The notes: a model not told the origin generated them from the letters alone. A stretch of DNA of 64,000 nucleotides from Limnochordia bacterium (GCA_050945315.1 JBMNSS010000001.1:1620-65619); one strand, 5' to 3'. Shown: positions 18,187 to 27,309, counted from the first letter of the stretch. Translations and numbers: made by a program.

Positions 18187-18510
18187 TGTGATATCGAGCA
18201 AGATGATGATCGCTGATCAGGCGATCGTCGTCTCCCGCCAAGGCTGTTGAGCACCATGGACGGTGTGAGCCCGCCAAATCACCATGGCGATAATCATGGC
18301 ACTTACGTGCCGGATGGTCGGCGGCGATTTTTTCGTTCACACACTTGACGTTGTGCGACGACAGTCGTAAGTGTAGCCGTCGGATCGCTGCAGTAAGCTG
18401 AATATTTGCCATGATACCGTGATCTTCTCCCCTACAGGGGTTGCGATATCAAAATATGCTCGCTCCCCAACCACGGCACGCTCCTAATGCACGCCCCGGT
18501 GTTTAAGCAG

Positions 18511-18534
18511 CAGAGCCCGCTTTCGCGGGCTCTG
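18511..18534 (-). terminator. perfect 10-bp stem-loop downstream of the small secreted-peptide gene
   Basis: cagagcccgc-tttc-gcgggctctg, 30 nt past the stop at 18564; weak U-tract. Confidence 0.4.
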
Positions 18535-18563
18535 TGGAAAAAGCCGAATCTTTACAGAGGACA

Positions 18564-18791
18564 TCAGTCCATATCCCAACTACCGCCCGGCAGCATTGGT
18601 CCGCTGCAAGTGGTAGACACCCCGCCACCCAGCGGCCCCCCGTCGAGCTCATTCCAACTACCACCGGGCAACATGGGACCGCTGTTTATGCTTATGCCGC
18701 CGTCAAAAGTCCCGTTGCCATCCCAGGCAAAAGCTGCACCGGAGAAAACCAACGTCAATGCCAGGGCTAGAACCATCAACGATCGCTTCAT
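18564..18791 (-). CDS. small secreted Gly-rich repeat peptide (Sec signal peptide + 53-aa mature part)
   Basis: MKRSLMVLALALTLVFSGAAFA signal with an AFA-W cleavage site. The mature region carries two SGPMLPGGSW(N/D) repeats. Strong GGGGAGGG Shine-Dalgarno 8 nt before the ATG. Confidence 0.55.
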   Translation of the reverse strand: MKRSLMVLALALTLVFSGAAFAWDGNGTFDGGISINSGPMLPGGSWNELDGGPLGGGVSTTCSGPMLPGGSWDMD

Positions 18792-18882
18792 AGTAAAACC
18801 CTCCCCTTGAGATTAACGCGCTTTCGCCAGCCCCCCGGTTGCAAACGAAAGCCTTGCCATCATTTGCATTATGGAATATCTG

Positions 18883-20382
18883 TCAGCTTTTGTAAAGACC
18901 TCGCGCGCTGTGCAAGTCCTCAAGGGTTGCAAGAAGATGAGGATCAAAGTGTTCCCGTGTACGGAGTATCTCTTGCATCGAGCGCTCGTGGAATCCATCC
19001 CCGTTTTTAATCTCACATTTGACTGCGTTTACATATCTTTCGACTAAGTTCAATATGCGTGATTCCATCGGTATGGCCTGTCCTTGCAGACCTTCCGGGT
19101 AGCCTGAACCGTCATAGTTTTCATGATGGTAACGTACGGCGCGCAGCACTTCATCAGGCACTCCAAACATGACCAACATCCGCTCGCTGATCTCAGGGTG
19201 ACTGTTTCCCGTTTTTTCAGAAGAATCTACATCGCTATCCGTGGTCAATCCCACATCCCGAAGGCGCGCCGCCGTCATAAGCCGGGAAAGACATGTCTCA
19301 CCTAAGCCTATCGCATCACCTAGCACCCGGGCGTAGTGGATCACAAGCTCAAGGGTGCGCAAAGACTCCGGATATAGGCTTTCCAGAGTATCCATAAGCC
19401 CCAGCAGAGTTGTGAGGTGACGCAAGAGCTCTTGATCATGCCATTCAACGACAATGCGTTCCCGCTGTAGATTCCGCCTGCGGATTACGTTGTTCAACTC
19501 TTCGGTGGCGAGTGCCCATTCGCGCCACATCTGACTTTGGGCGAAGTAGGTCGTGGCACGCTGAAGGTATCCCAAAGCGGTGCTTCGATCACCTTTCAGG
19601 GTAAAGATGGAGCCGAAAAGGCGGCACAATCGAGCTACTTCGGTCCGGTCCATCCAACCCATGTTATTCCACAAAATGTGAAGCGCGGCGCTTCCTTGGT
19701 GCAGAGCCTCAGGGACATCGCCCCGCTTGAAGTGCAAACGCCCCAACTCAGAACGCGCGTACGCCCTCAGTGCTACATCATGCACTGAATCCAAAGCGGA
19801 TAACGCGGCCTCCAAGAGCCGTTCAGCCGTGTCCAAATCGCCCTGCTCCATAGCAATAATCCCCAGATTGTTGAAACACATCCCCACTTCGGTGCGACTG
19901 CCCATTTTGGAGAACATATCAAGGGCGCATTCCAGATAACCGCGAGCCTGATTCCATTCCTCATGATTGAGCAGGCTGACACCTGCAACGAGTTTGACCG
20001 AAGCGTGCAAATCCAAAGGACCGTCCGAGGGAAAGAGCTTTACGGCTTCAAGAGACAACGGCAGTGCCAGATCTACATCCCCCATGCGCAAATAGCTGAG
20101 GGCAAGATTATTCAGCACTCGACTGTATTCAGGTTGCCTGTTGCCCACTTTGGCACAGAAGGTTTCTGCACCTCGAAAGTGATGGAGAGCTTTCGTATAA
20201 TCACGTAGTTCAAGAAAAAGAGATCCCAAGGCGTTATGGACGCGCACCCCATATCCGGCAGGCGATGAAGGTGATAACATGTCGTGCGCCTTCTCCCAGG
20301 CATCACGAGCCGCGAGCATAAGACCGCGACTGAAATAGGTGCACCCAAGAAGAAGGTGCCGTTCAATCTCTGCTACAGACAT
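18883..20382 (-). CDS. TPR-repeat protein with C-terminal degenerate HD-GYP domain
   Basis: N-terminal ~330 aa of TPR-like repeats. The C-terminus carries HHENYDGSGYPEGLQG (the HD-GYP signature), but the canonical LHDIGK is replaced by LRDVGL. The start is trimmed to an ATG preceded by GGGGTG. Confidence 0.75.
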   Translation of the reverse strand: MSVAEIERHLLLGCTYFSRGLMLAARDAWEKAHDMLSPSSPAGYGVRVHNALGSLFLELRDYTKALHHFRGAETFCAKVGNRQPEYSRVLNNLALSYLRMGDVDLALPLSLEAVKLFPSDGPLDLHASVKLVAGVSLLNHEEWNQARGYLECALDMFSKMGSRTEVGMCFNNLGIIAMEQGDLDTAERLLEAALSALDSVHDVALRAYARSELGRLHFKRGDVPEALHQGSAALHILWNNMGWMDRTEVARLCRLFGSIFTLKGDRSTALGYLQRATTYFAQSQMWREWALATEELNNVIRRRNLQRERIVVEWHDQELLRHLTTLLGLMDTLESLYPESLRTLELVIHYARVLGDAIGLGETCLSRLMTAARLRDVGLTTDSDVDSSEKTGNSHPEISERMLVMFGVPDEVLRAVRYHHENYDGSGYPEGLQGQAIPMESRILNLVERYVNAVKCEIKNGDGFHERSMQEILRTREHFDPHLLATLEDLHSARGLYKS

Positions 20383-20423
20383 AGCACACCCCGGCAAACG
20401 TGATTTTTGTGCGAATCTTGTCG

Positions 20424-20452
20424 TTGACAATTCCGAAAGCTCACTGTATAAT
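20424..20452 (+). promoter_or_regulatory. consensus sigma-A-type promoter
   Basis: TTGACA (20424-20429), 17-nt spacer, TATAAT (20447-20452), lying in the divergent intergenic region. Confidence 0.55.
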
Positions 20453-20508
20453 CCTTGTGTTTGTTGGCAAGGACACTAACTGAATCATGTACCCGGGAGG
20501 TGCTGGGG

Positions 20509-20730
20509 TTGAGCAAATTCAACCGCAGTGAAGATTGGTTTGGGTTTAGGAAAGACCCCTTTGAAGGCTTTCCGGATGACGATAACGACCTGTTCGAGTA
20601 TACACTGCGACTTCCGCATCCGCCTGACCGGGTAATACAATCCCTCCGTATTGTCGATGGTCAGCTGGTAGCAACCTACCGCTTCGTGTTTAGCGATCCC
20701 GACATGTTGTCTATTGACGATTACGACTGA
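20509..20730 (+). CDS. small acidic hypothetical protein
   Basis: 73 aa from a TTG preceded by GGAGGTG, downstream of the consensus promoter; sequence FEGFPDDDNDLFEY...; no family recognised. Confidence 0.45.
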   Translation: MSKFNRSEDWFGFRKDPFEGFPDDDNDLFEYTLRLPHPPDRVIQSLRIVDGQLVATYRFVFSDPDMLSIDDYD

Positions 20731-20740
20731 CATTTGTACG

Positions 20741-21397
20741 TCAACGGGATCGTGTTTCTTTTATGATCCTGACCAATGCCTTAGCTTTTTCCGTGATTGT
20801 ATCAAAACGACCGGCGGAGATCGCTTTCAGGTCTACCAAGGCCCCTCCTACTCCTACTGCCATAGCCCCTGCCTGAATGAATGCTGCGGCGTTCTCCGTG
20901 TTGATACCTCCCGTAGGAATCAAGGGGATTTGTGGCAGTGGGCCCCGTATTTGACGCAGGTACGAAGGGCCAAGGACTCCGGCCGGAAAGATTTTCACGG
21001 CGGAAGCCCCGGCAGAACACGCTTGGACGATTTCGGTGGGAGTCATGACTCCGGGAATGGCTGTCTTACCATACCTATTGGCCATAGCGATAACCTCTGT
21101 ATTCAACGCCGGCGAAAAAATGAACTGTGCCCCAGCCAAAATGGCCGCCCGCGCTGTTTCGGGATCCAATACCGTACCTGCCCCGATAAGAGCCTCCTCC
21201 CCCAGATCCGCGGTTACCTCTTCAATCATGCGCAAAGCCCCGGGAGCATCAACCGTAACCTCCAGGATGTCGACACCTCCCGCTTTTAGAGCCCGCGCTA
21301 CCTTAACGACCGTATCTGCCTGCATACCGCGCATCACCGCGATGACACCTGAGTGAGCAATACGTTGAAGATAAGCAGACGATGATCCAGAATGCAT
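20741..21397 (-). CDS. eda: 2-dehydro-3-deoxyphosphogluconate (KDPG)/4-hydroxy-2-oxoglutarate aldolase
   Basis: 218 aa. VIAVMRG...GGVDILEVT...GAGTVLDPETARAAILAGAQFIFSP...GVMTPTEI...GASAVKIFPA is a typical Eda TIM barrel with the Schiff-base Lys. Confidence 0.85.
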   Translation of the reverse strand: MHSGSSSAYLQRIAHSGVIAVMRGMQADTVVKVARALKAGGVDILEVTVDAPGALRMIEEVTADLGEEALIGAGTVLDPETARAAILAGAQFIFSPALNTEVIAMANRYGKTAIPGVMTPTEIVQACSAGASAVKIFPAGVLGPSYLRQIRGPLPQIPLIPTGGINTENAAAFIQAGAMAVGVGGALVDLKAISAGRFDTITEKAKALVRIIKETRSR

Positions 21398-21550
21398 ATT
21401 CTCTCTCCCTGGATTTCAGCTTTTGATCGTTCGTGGAGCTATTCGTTGTCGTGCTGCTTTCTCCTTGAGGCAGTTGATTGCCGGGAAGAAGGAAACGCGC
21501 TGGTCCCGCGGAAGACCATCTTACACACTGGGCACGAAGGAGCACGCGCC

Positions 21551-22819
21551 ATGGCTGCAGATACCTGGTATCATCGGGGCCCTGAAATGAGCCAACTCCC
21601 CTCCGGAAAGGAACCGCAACTGGGGCAAGCCGTGGGATCATCTAAAGATGAACCTCTGGGAATCTTCCTCTCCATGGAGGCCGCCGATCTCATTGGTAGG
21701 CACCTGATGAACGAGCCCGACAGAGAAGCGGGAGGCATACTGGTTGGGTATGTTGCTCAAAGCGATCGTCCTTTCGTTCTTGTCTCCGGTGCCATAGAAG
21801 CCCGTTATGCCGAGGTTGTCGGCGGCAGTATAGGGCTCAATGAACGTTCCTGGGAGTACATGCACACTCTGTGGAGCCGTGACTACCCCTCTGCCTTGGT
21901 CGTAGGATGTTTTCTCAGCCACCCCAATAGGGGGGTTGGGTTGACCAGCTACGATCGCTTCACCCAACATCGCTTTTTCAATCATCCGTGGCAAGTTGTG
22001 TTGGTCGTTGACACCGAACAAAACGTCTCGCAGTTCTACCGTTGGCGAGGAAGAGAGTTGCACCCCGTGGAAGGTTTCGTAATCTGGGACGCACGTAAAG
22101 AGCCCTTTGGTTCTTTGTTGGACCTTCAGGGTCCTTTTTATGGTTCCGGATGGCAGCGCCGATCGGAAGACGAGACGCGCAAACGCACACACCTTTTTGC
22201 ACCGACCAAAGCCTCTCCGGAAAGCAATGAGACTGAAGCACCTGAACCCAAACGCCTCCGCCCTCAGCCTCGACCCTCACCCCCCATCTTTCGTTTTTGG
22301 CCTATGATCTTGGCTGTATTGATGGTTTCCCTCTTGCTTTGGCCTCGCTTTCCTTGGAGTCTGACGCGTTTGTGGTTTTCGGGTACTCAGCTCCAGCAGG
22401 AGCTTCATGAGTTACAAGAGACGCTCCGACAGGCTCAACAAGAACAAGAATCAGGATTACAGTCAGAATCAGAGTCAGAATCAGATGAGCCCGATGTGGT
22501 TAACGACAATGCCTTAAGCTTTCAAATGGATACAACACAGTCGTCACAGTCGTCTTCGGACGCAGTCTCTTCCGGGACGACCTCCCAAATGACCTATCGC
22601 GTACGGCCGGGGGACACTCTATGGTCGATCAGTGAGAGACTCATGGGTGACCCTCGGGAGTACCGTCGCTTGGCCGTCATCAATCAGATTGAAGACCCTG
22701 CTCTCATACATCCCGGTACTGATCTGACTTTCCCTGATCCTGATTTCTCGCCGCATCACGACGAGGCTAGAACCAGCTTTGATGCTTCAAGCGAGCCGAC
22801 ACGGGTCAGTGGCCAGTAA
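21551..22819 (+). CDS. membrane protein: degenerate MPN/JAMM-like domain + TM helix + coiled-coil/acidic linker + C-terminal LysM
   Basis: EAGGILVGY...CFLSHPNRGVGLTSYD. The JAMM HxHx7Sx2D motif is degenerate: the first His is Leu and the Ser is Thr. A TM helix ILAVLMVSLLLW follows, then QLQQELHELQETLRQAQQEQES, then LysM YRVRPGDTLWSISERL...IHPGTDLTFP. Start ATG at 21551 follows AAGGAG. Confidence 0.65.
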   Translation: MAADTWYHRGPEMSQLPSGKEPQLGQAVGSSKDEPLGIFLSMEAADLIGRHLMNEPDREAGGILVGYVAQSDRPFVLVSGAIEARYAEVVGGSIGLNERSWEYMHTLWSRDYPSALVVGCFLSHPNRGVGLTSYDRFTQHRFFNHPWQVVLVVDTEQNVSQFYRWRGRELHPVEGFVIWDARKEPFGSLLDLQGPFYGSGWQRRSEDETRKRTHLFAPTKASPESNETEAPEPKRLRPQPRPSPPIFRFWPMILAVLMVSLLLWPRFPWSLTRLWFSGTQLQQELHELQETLRQAQQEQESGLQSESESESDEPDVVNDNALSFQMDTTQSSQSSSDAVSSGTTSQMTYRVRPGDTLWSISERLMGDPREYRRLAVINQIEDPALIHPGTDLTFPDPDFSPHHDEARTSFDASSEPTRVSGQ

Positions 22820-23325
22820 CGCCATAGAGCTCTTCCCAATATCATACGATGGGCGACAAAGCCGACGCGTGGGGTGCGACTGTCTTCGGAGTTGTTGCGG
22901 TTGTCGCCCAGTACAAAGACGTGGCCTTTGGGAACCGCGTAAGGACCGAAGTTGCCCAGGACAGAGGATTCCAGGTAGGGCTCGTCCAAAACAATGCCGT
23001 TAATATAGACTCGGCCATCACTGATCACAATCGTGTCACCGGGAACTCCTATCACTCTTTTTATATAAAGCTGCCTTTGCTCTCCGGACACCCGAAAAAC
23101 CACAACTTCACCTCGCCGCGGCGACCGCAGGCGGTAGGTAAGCCTGTCCACCAAAAGCCGTTCTCCTGAGCGAATAGTGGGCATCATCGAGGGCCCGTCG
23201 ACCGTAAAGGCCTTGAGAGCAAAGGCCATGATGCAGACAGAGAGTAAAAATGCGCCGGCTACCGTATGTGCAAAATCAAGTAGCCGACTGTTGGAGAAAC
23301 CGCGGAAAGCTCGATAAACAGGCAA
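22756..23325 (-). CDS. lepB: signal peptidase I
   Basis: TM anchor, catalytic box GPSMMPTI (Ser), RLxxP, GDNRNNSEDSR box; 189 aa. Confidence 0.85.
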   Translation of the reverse strand: MPVYRAFRGFSNSRLLDFAHTVAGAFLLSVCIMAFALKAFTVDGPSMMPTIRSGERLLVDRLTYRLRSPRRGEVVVFRVSGEQRQLYIKRVIGVPGDTIVISDGRVYINGIVLDEPYLESSVLGNFGPYAVPKGHVFVLGDNRNNSEDSRTPRVGFVAHRMILGRALWRYWPLTRVGSLEASKLVLASS

Positions 23326-23417
23326 GTACCACTGCCTCCCGTCAGAGTTGATCGCTCGCGCGACGGTGCGGATGCGTTTTCAATTCTTTTCAAAAGTGCG
23401 GCTCTCCTGCTTTTCTT

Positions 23418-24023
23418 TTACAGCTGCCAAAGGCAGCGGCTCATGATCTTCCGATAGATCCTGGAATTCTGCCGAAAAGACTCGTAATCCCGTTCGGCAA
23501 GAGCTTGATCGATCGCTGCCCTGGTCAAGATGGCTTGAACGGCCAGATCAATTTGTTCCCGAACGATCTCACGCAGCACGGCATCGACGTTGGCCACCGA
23601 CCTTTCAGGTAAGCTCGGGGATGACTCCAAGACATCCAGGTACCAAGCCGGCATCGATCCGCAGAATGAAAAAGTGACGTAAAGCTCACTTCGAAAGGTG
23701 CGTAAAGGCGCTATAGCCTCCATGGGCTCGTTAACACATAAATGACGTTCACGTCGCAGCCGGCGGATAAGCTCGCCGTTGACAATACGCACTTCCTCAC
23801 GTTGGTGAACTCCCAGTTCGAGTTCGAAGCCCACGCGAGGACTCCCTAACTCCGAAACAAGCATGGTGTTTGGTAAGTACTCCCGGTTCCGCACGAAGGT
23901 GATCCGCTTGAGAAGATCCGGCGTGTCTAGTATGAACTGCAGCAAATATTTGCTCATCGGATGCTTCAAAGGAGTGCGAATGAAGTTGCGGATAGCTAAC
24001 TCTTTTAGCTTCATCTTTCTCAC
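23418..24023 (-). CDS. hypothetical protein
   Basis: 201-aa ORF with no recognisable motif; coding-like composition. It lies downstream of lepB on the same strand. Confidence 0.45.
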   Translation of the reverse strand: MRKMKLKELAIRNFIRTPLKHPMSKYLLQFILDTPDLLKRITFVRNREYLPNTMLVSELGSPRVGFELELGVHQREEVRIVNGELIRRLRRERHLCVNEPMEAIAPLRTFRSELYVTFSFCGSMPAWYLDVLESSPSLPERSVANVDAVLREIVREQIDLAVQAILTRAAIDQALAERDYESFRQNSRIYRKIMSRCLWQL

Positions 24024-24131
24024 CCCGCTGTTGGTTCATTAGAATATATGGGCCAGGAGGGGTTTACATGCCTGCAGAAGTACCATGGAAAGGTATCTCG
24101 AAAGAGTAATCGTCAAGGCGGGAGGTAGTGC

Positions 24132-24890
24132 ATGCGCGTTACGTTCTTGGGAACAGGCACATCGCATGGCATCCCAGTGATAGGTTGTGACTGTTCCGTA
24201 TGTCGCTCGCCGCTGCCGGAGAATAATAGACTGAGATCAAGCATATGGTTGAATTTCGCCGAGCGGAACGTGGTGATTGATACCGGTCCTGAATTCCGAC
24301 TGCAAGCCCTGCGCCATGGGGTGCGCCGACTGGATGCCGTGCTTTTTAGCCACGCTCATGCTGATCACATTTTTGGCTTTGATGACATCCGCCGTTTTTG
24401 CCAACTACAGGGCGAAGCAATTTCGGTGTACGCCAGTCCGGAGACGCTTGACACGCTACGCTGTGCTTTTGGCTATATATTCGATCTTGATCGCAACGAT
24501 TGGACCATCCCCCGTGCGGTGCCACATGTAATTGATGGCCCTTTCTCCCTTTTTGGCCAAGACATCGAGCCATTGACGGTGTATCATGGCAAAGCATCGG
24601 TCACGGGTTTTCGTATCGGTGACTTCGCCTATGTCACCGATTGCAGCATGATCCCGGATCAGGCGATGGCTTCTCTGCAAAACCTGGAGGTGTTGGTGTT
24701 AGGTGCATTGCGATATAAGCCGCATCACACTCACTTCAGCATCGGGGAAGCGATTCAGGCCATCGAGACCCTACAGCCCAGACGCGCCTATCTCACACAT
24801 CTGTGTCACGAAGTGGACCATGCAGAGCTTCTCGCGTCATTACCCGCCGGTGTTCAGCCTGCTTATGACGGTTTGGTTGTTGATGTATGA
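24132..24890 (+). CDS. MBL-fold metallo-hydrolase (PhnP-like)
   Basis: LFSHAHADHIFG (HxHxDH) plus downstream His/Asp ligands; 252 aa; GGAGG Shine-Dalgarno. Confidence 0.85.
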   Translation: MRVTFLGTGTSHGIPVIGCDCSVCRSPLPENNRLRSSIWLNFAERNVVIDTGPEFRLQALRHGVRRLDAVLFSHAHADHIFGFDDIRRFCQLQGEAISVYASPETLDTLRCAFGYIFDLDRNDWTIPRAVPHVIDGPFSLFGQDIEPLTVYHGKASVTGFRIGDFAYVTDCSMIPDQAMASLQNLEVLVLGALRYKPHHTHFSIGEAIQAIETLQPRRAYLTHLCHEVDHAELLASLPAGVQPAYDGLVVDV

Positions 24891-24987
24891 TTGAGTGGCT
24901 TCGAACCGATTCGGACCCGACTGAGGCGTCTTATCAGTGAGCGGGAGCAATGGGCGCGACAACGGATAGAGACCGGGAGGGATCGAA

Positions 24988-26025
24988 GTGCCTAAGAGCC
25001 ATACACGTTTAGCTGCACTTCACATACCGCATGCGGATTCGGATGATTTGCATCGCGTCTGCGAGGTGTGCATGAACTTCTCGCCGACGATAGAACCCAC
25101 TCCTCCCCATGGTATCCTTGTCGACTTTTCCGGCAGTCGTCGTCCCGATCTTTTTTTGCTCCAAAGCGAAGCGGTTGCTGCTTGCCAAAAAAACGTATTT
25201 ATCAGCATGGCTTCTACAAGGTGGGTAGCCCGCTGCGCCGTCGCATATCTACAGCGGAAGTCTGCGAGCAGTTCTTTGCCAAAGCCTTTGACCATTGCCG
25301 ACAACGGCGAAAAAGGATTTTTGGCCCCTTTGTCCGTGAGATATCTGGCGCAGGGTGAGATTGCGGATGCCGAAAGGCTGATAGAGCGTCTTTTGGATTT
25401 GGGCATCTACACCTTTGATGATCTGGCAAGCGTACCACTCAAAGATCTCACCGCCCAATTTGGCACAGACCGGGGTCCTCTTTTGCACCGTTTGGCGACA
25501 GGGGTTGATCCCCGTACAGTTCGCCCCTTATACCCTCCGCGACAGGTGGTTGCTACATTCAGCGCGGCGCCTGACAGTCCCGGTATTTTAAACGCTTACG
25601 CGATCGATCAGGTATTGATTCATCTGAGCAATGAACTGGCCGCTGATTTGGCGCAACAAGGAATGGCAGCCCGGCGGATACGGCTTGAAATCACATGTCG
25701 GAAAGACGTTTTACACTTTTCTTGTTTTCTGCGGCAGCCTGCGTTTCAACAAGAAACCCTGCTGGAGGCGGCCAGGCGATTGTGGTCTTCGGCATCTGCC
25801 ATGGATCCCGTATTGGAGCTCAAGCTCTATGGTGAGAATCTCGAGCGTCCGCGAATTGAGCAAGCGGCCATATTTGACGCCCAAACAAGTATCAACAATG
25901 AGCTGGCAACTGTGGTGCGCGCCGTGCAAAACAGATTCGGTGTGCGAGCGCTGCAAAAAGCGAACCAACTCCCTCTTTCTCGCCGAGAGTTGGTTCGCTC
26001 AATGTGGGAACGCGAAAGACTGTGA
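24988..26025 (+). CDS. imuB: ImuB-like inactive Y-family DNA polymerase homologue (N-terminal polymerase-like part only)
   Basis: N-terminus LAALHIPHA...ILVDFSGS...; the FLAPLSVRYLAQGE and ERLLDLGIYTFDDLASVPLKDLTAQFG blocks parallel mycobacterial ImuB (FLAPLSIRQLA..., LWRMGLRTIGQFAQL...FG). It lacks the Y-family catalytic DMD/SIDE acidic residues. GTG start preceded by GGGAGGG. Only 345 aa. Confidence 0.65.
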   Translation: MPKSHTRLAALHIPHADSDDLHRVCEVCMNFSPTIEPTPPHGILVDFSGSRRPDLFLLQSEAVAACQKNVFISMASTRWVARCAVAYLQRKSASSSLPKPLTIADNGEKGFLAPLSVRYLAQGEIADAERLIERLLDLGIYTFDDLASVPLKDLTAQFGTDRGPLLHRLATGVDPRTVRPLYPPRQVVATFSAAPDSPGILNAYAIDQVLIHLSNELAADLAQQGMAARRIRLEITCRKDVLHFSCFLRQPAFQQETLLEAARRLWSSASAMDPVLELKLYGENLERPRIEQAAIFDAQTSINNELATVVRAVQNRFGVRALQKANQLPLSRRELVRSMWERERL

Positions 26026-26033
26026 ACAGCTAA

Positions 26034-27308
26034 TTAGCGACCTACTCCTTTGAGAAAGTAGACCGTGTCCAGGTGAACTCGCTCAGCAACATCCACAATG
26101 TCTTTTTTCGTTACACGCTTCAGGCGGACGATCAACTCCTCGGTTGTCTCTTTGACACCCTCCATTGACCCGCTCAGGTGCGTTATCATTTGCGCCAGAG
26201 GGTTATCTTGTGTCAGCAGAGCCTGTGCGATAAGCCTACTGCGTGTCGCATTCATCTCATCATCGGAGATGTCCCCTTGGCGGATGGCATCCACCTGCTT
26301 CAGCATTATCTCTAACGCTTGATCGTAATTTTTGGGATCAATACCGGCATATGCCAGCACATACCCCTTGTTTGCGTTGTAGCCTGAGCTCGCCTGATAG
26401 GCCAGGCTGGCCTTTTCACGCACATTGACAAACAGTTTTGAGTGCACGAAACCACCCAGAACACCGTTCAAAAAGTACATGGCACAGCGTTCAGCGTCCG
26501 AATAGGTAATGTCCGTACGGAAGCCGAGCACCAACCATCCCTGCCCCATCACTTCTTCATCAACGACTGTGCGAACCTGTGCTCTTCCGGGAAGGACTAC
26601 AGTCCTGGGCAGCGCTTTGGGAGCTCTCGTGGGTAAGGAAAAGCCACCTACCACTTTTTTCAGTTCATCGCGCTCCACATCGCCCACTATATAGATATCG
26701 ATAGGGGCCTCACGAATCTGTCTTGTGTGATTGCGCAGGAGAATCTGTGGTGTTAATTCCCGTACCTGTTCTTCCGTACCGAGTTCATGGAGCCGGAACG
26801 GTTCATCGCCGTACATTTCCTCGATACAGCGCAATATGGCCCATCTGGCCTTAACATTGATCAAAGAACGAATCCGTCCCACCTGCAATTGCTTCTCTTG
26901 CTCCACGTACTCGCCGGCCAACCCCCCGTTTTCTATGACGGGCGACAGAATCACTTCTCGTAATAGCCGCAAACCCTGACTCAAGATAGGCGTACCTACA
27001 TAGCGATCACCGGGGAGGTTGAGCAGAAACCAAGAAATCTGGCGATCCCCACGCTTTTGTACGCCCGTTCCCAGATGGGCTCCGTATAACGAGGCAAGTT
27101 CTCGCTCTAAAGCCATGGCTGTGGGCCATAGAGTGTTTCCCCGTCGCAGCACCCGGGGGAGAATACCCATCGCGGCCACATTCTCCGGTGAAAGCTCATT
27201 GTGGAAAAAGACAGCCGCGCTCGTACGTTTGAAGGTGGGCACAGCGTGCACAAAGAGCCGAACCTCCGGCCCCAGCGATATTTGTTGGAACCCTTGAGTC
27301 ATGCTCAT
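26034..27308 (-). CDS. M16-family peptidase, non-catalytic partner subunit
   Basis: Insulinase-fold pattern but no HxxEH; translationally coupled to the upstream M16 gene, whose stop is 2 nt before this start. Confidence 0.8.
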   Translation of the reverse strand: MSMTQGFQQISLGPEVRLFVHAVPTFKRTSAAVFFHNELSPENVAAMGILPRVLRRGNTLWPTAMALERELASLYGAHLGTGVQKRGDRQISWFLLNLPGDRYVGTPILSQGLRLLREVILSPVIENGGLAGEYVEQEKQLQVGRIRSLINVKARWAILRCIEEMYGDEPFRLHELGTEEQVRELTPQILLRNHTRQIREAPIDIYIVGDVERDELKKVVGGFSLPTRAPKALPRTVVLPGRAQVRTVVDEEVMGQGWLVLGFRTDITYSDAERCAMYFLNGVLGGFVHSKLFVNVREKASLAYQASSGYNANKGYVLAYAGIDPKNYDQALEIMLKQVDAIRQGDISDDEMNATRSRLIAQALLTQDNPLAQMITHLSGSMEGVKETTEELIVRLKRVTKKDIVDVAERVHLDTVYFLKGVGR

Positions 27309-27309
27309 A

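Noticed and set aside
18047-18412. 121-aa minus-strand ORF after nth
   Set aside because: It overlaps the 3' end of nth antisense, has no Shine-Dalgarno and no motif. The region is more plausibly untranslated spacer.
20714-21289. 191-aa plus-strand ORF
   Set aside because: It is completely antisense to the KDPG aldolase gene, which has clear family motifs. No Shine-Dalgarno; Cys/Arg-rich composition is typical of GC-rich noise.
22462-22485. Tandem gtcagaatcaga hexamer/dodecamer repeats
   Set aside because: They lie inside the MPN/LysM CDS, where they encode a Ser-Glu-Ser-Glu low-complexity linker. They are neither a CRISPR array nor an intergenic repeat.
24900-24915. TTCGAACCGATTCGGA upstream of the ImuB-like gene as a possible LexA box
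   Set aside because: It does not fit GAAC-N4-GTTC (the right half is TCGG) and does not share the AACACCTGTT core seen twice upstream of dnaE2. It was kept out of the feature list.
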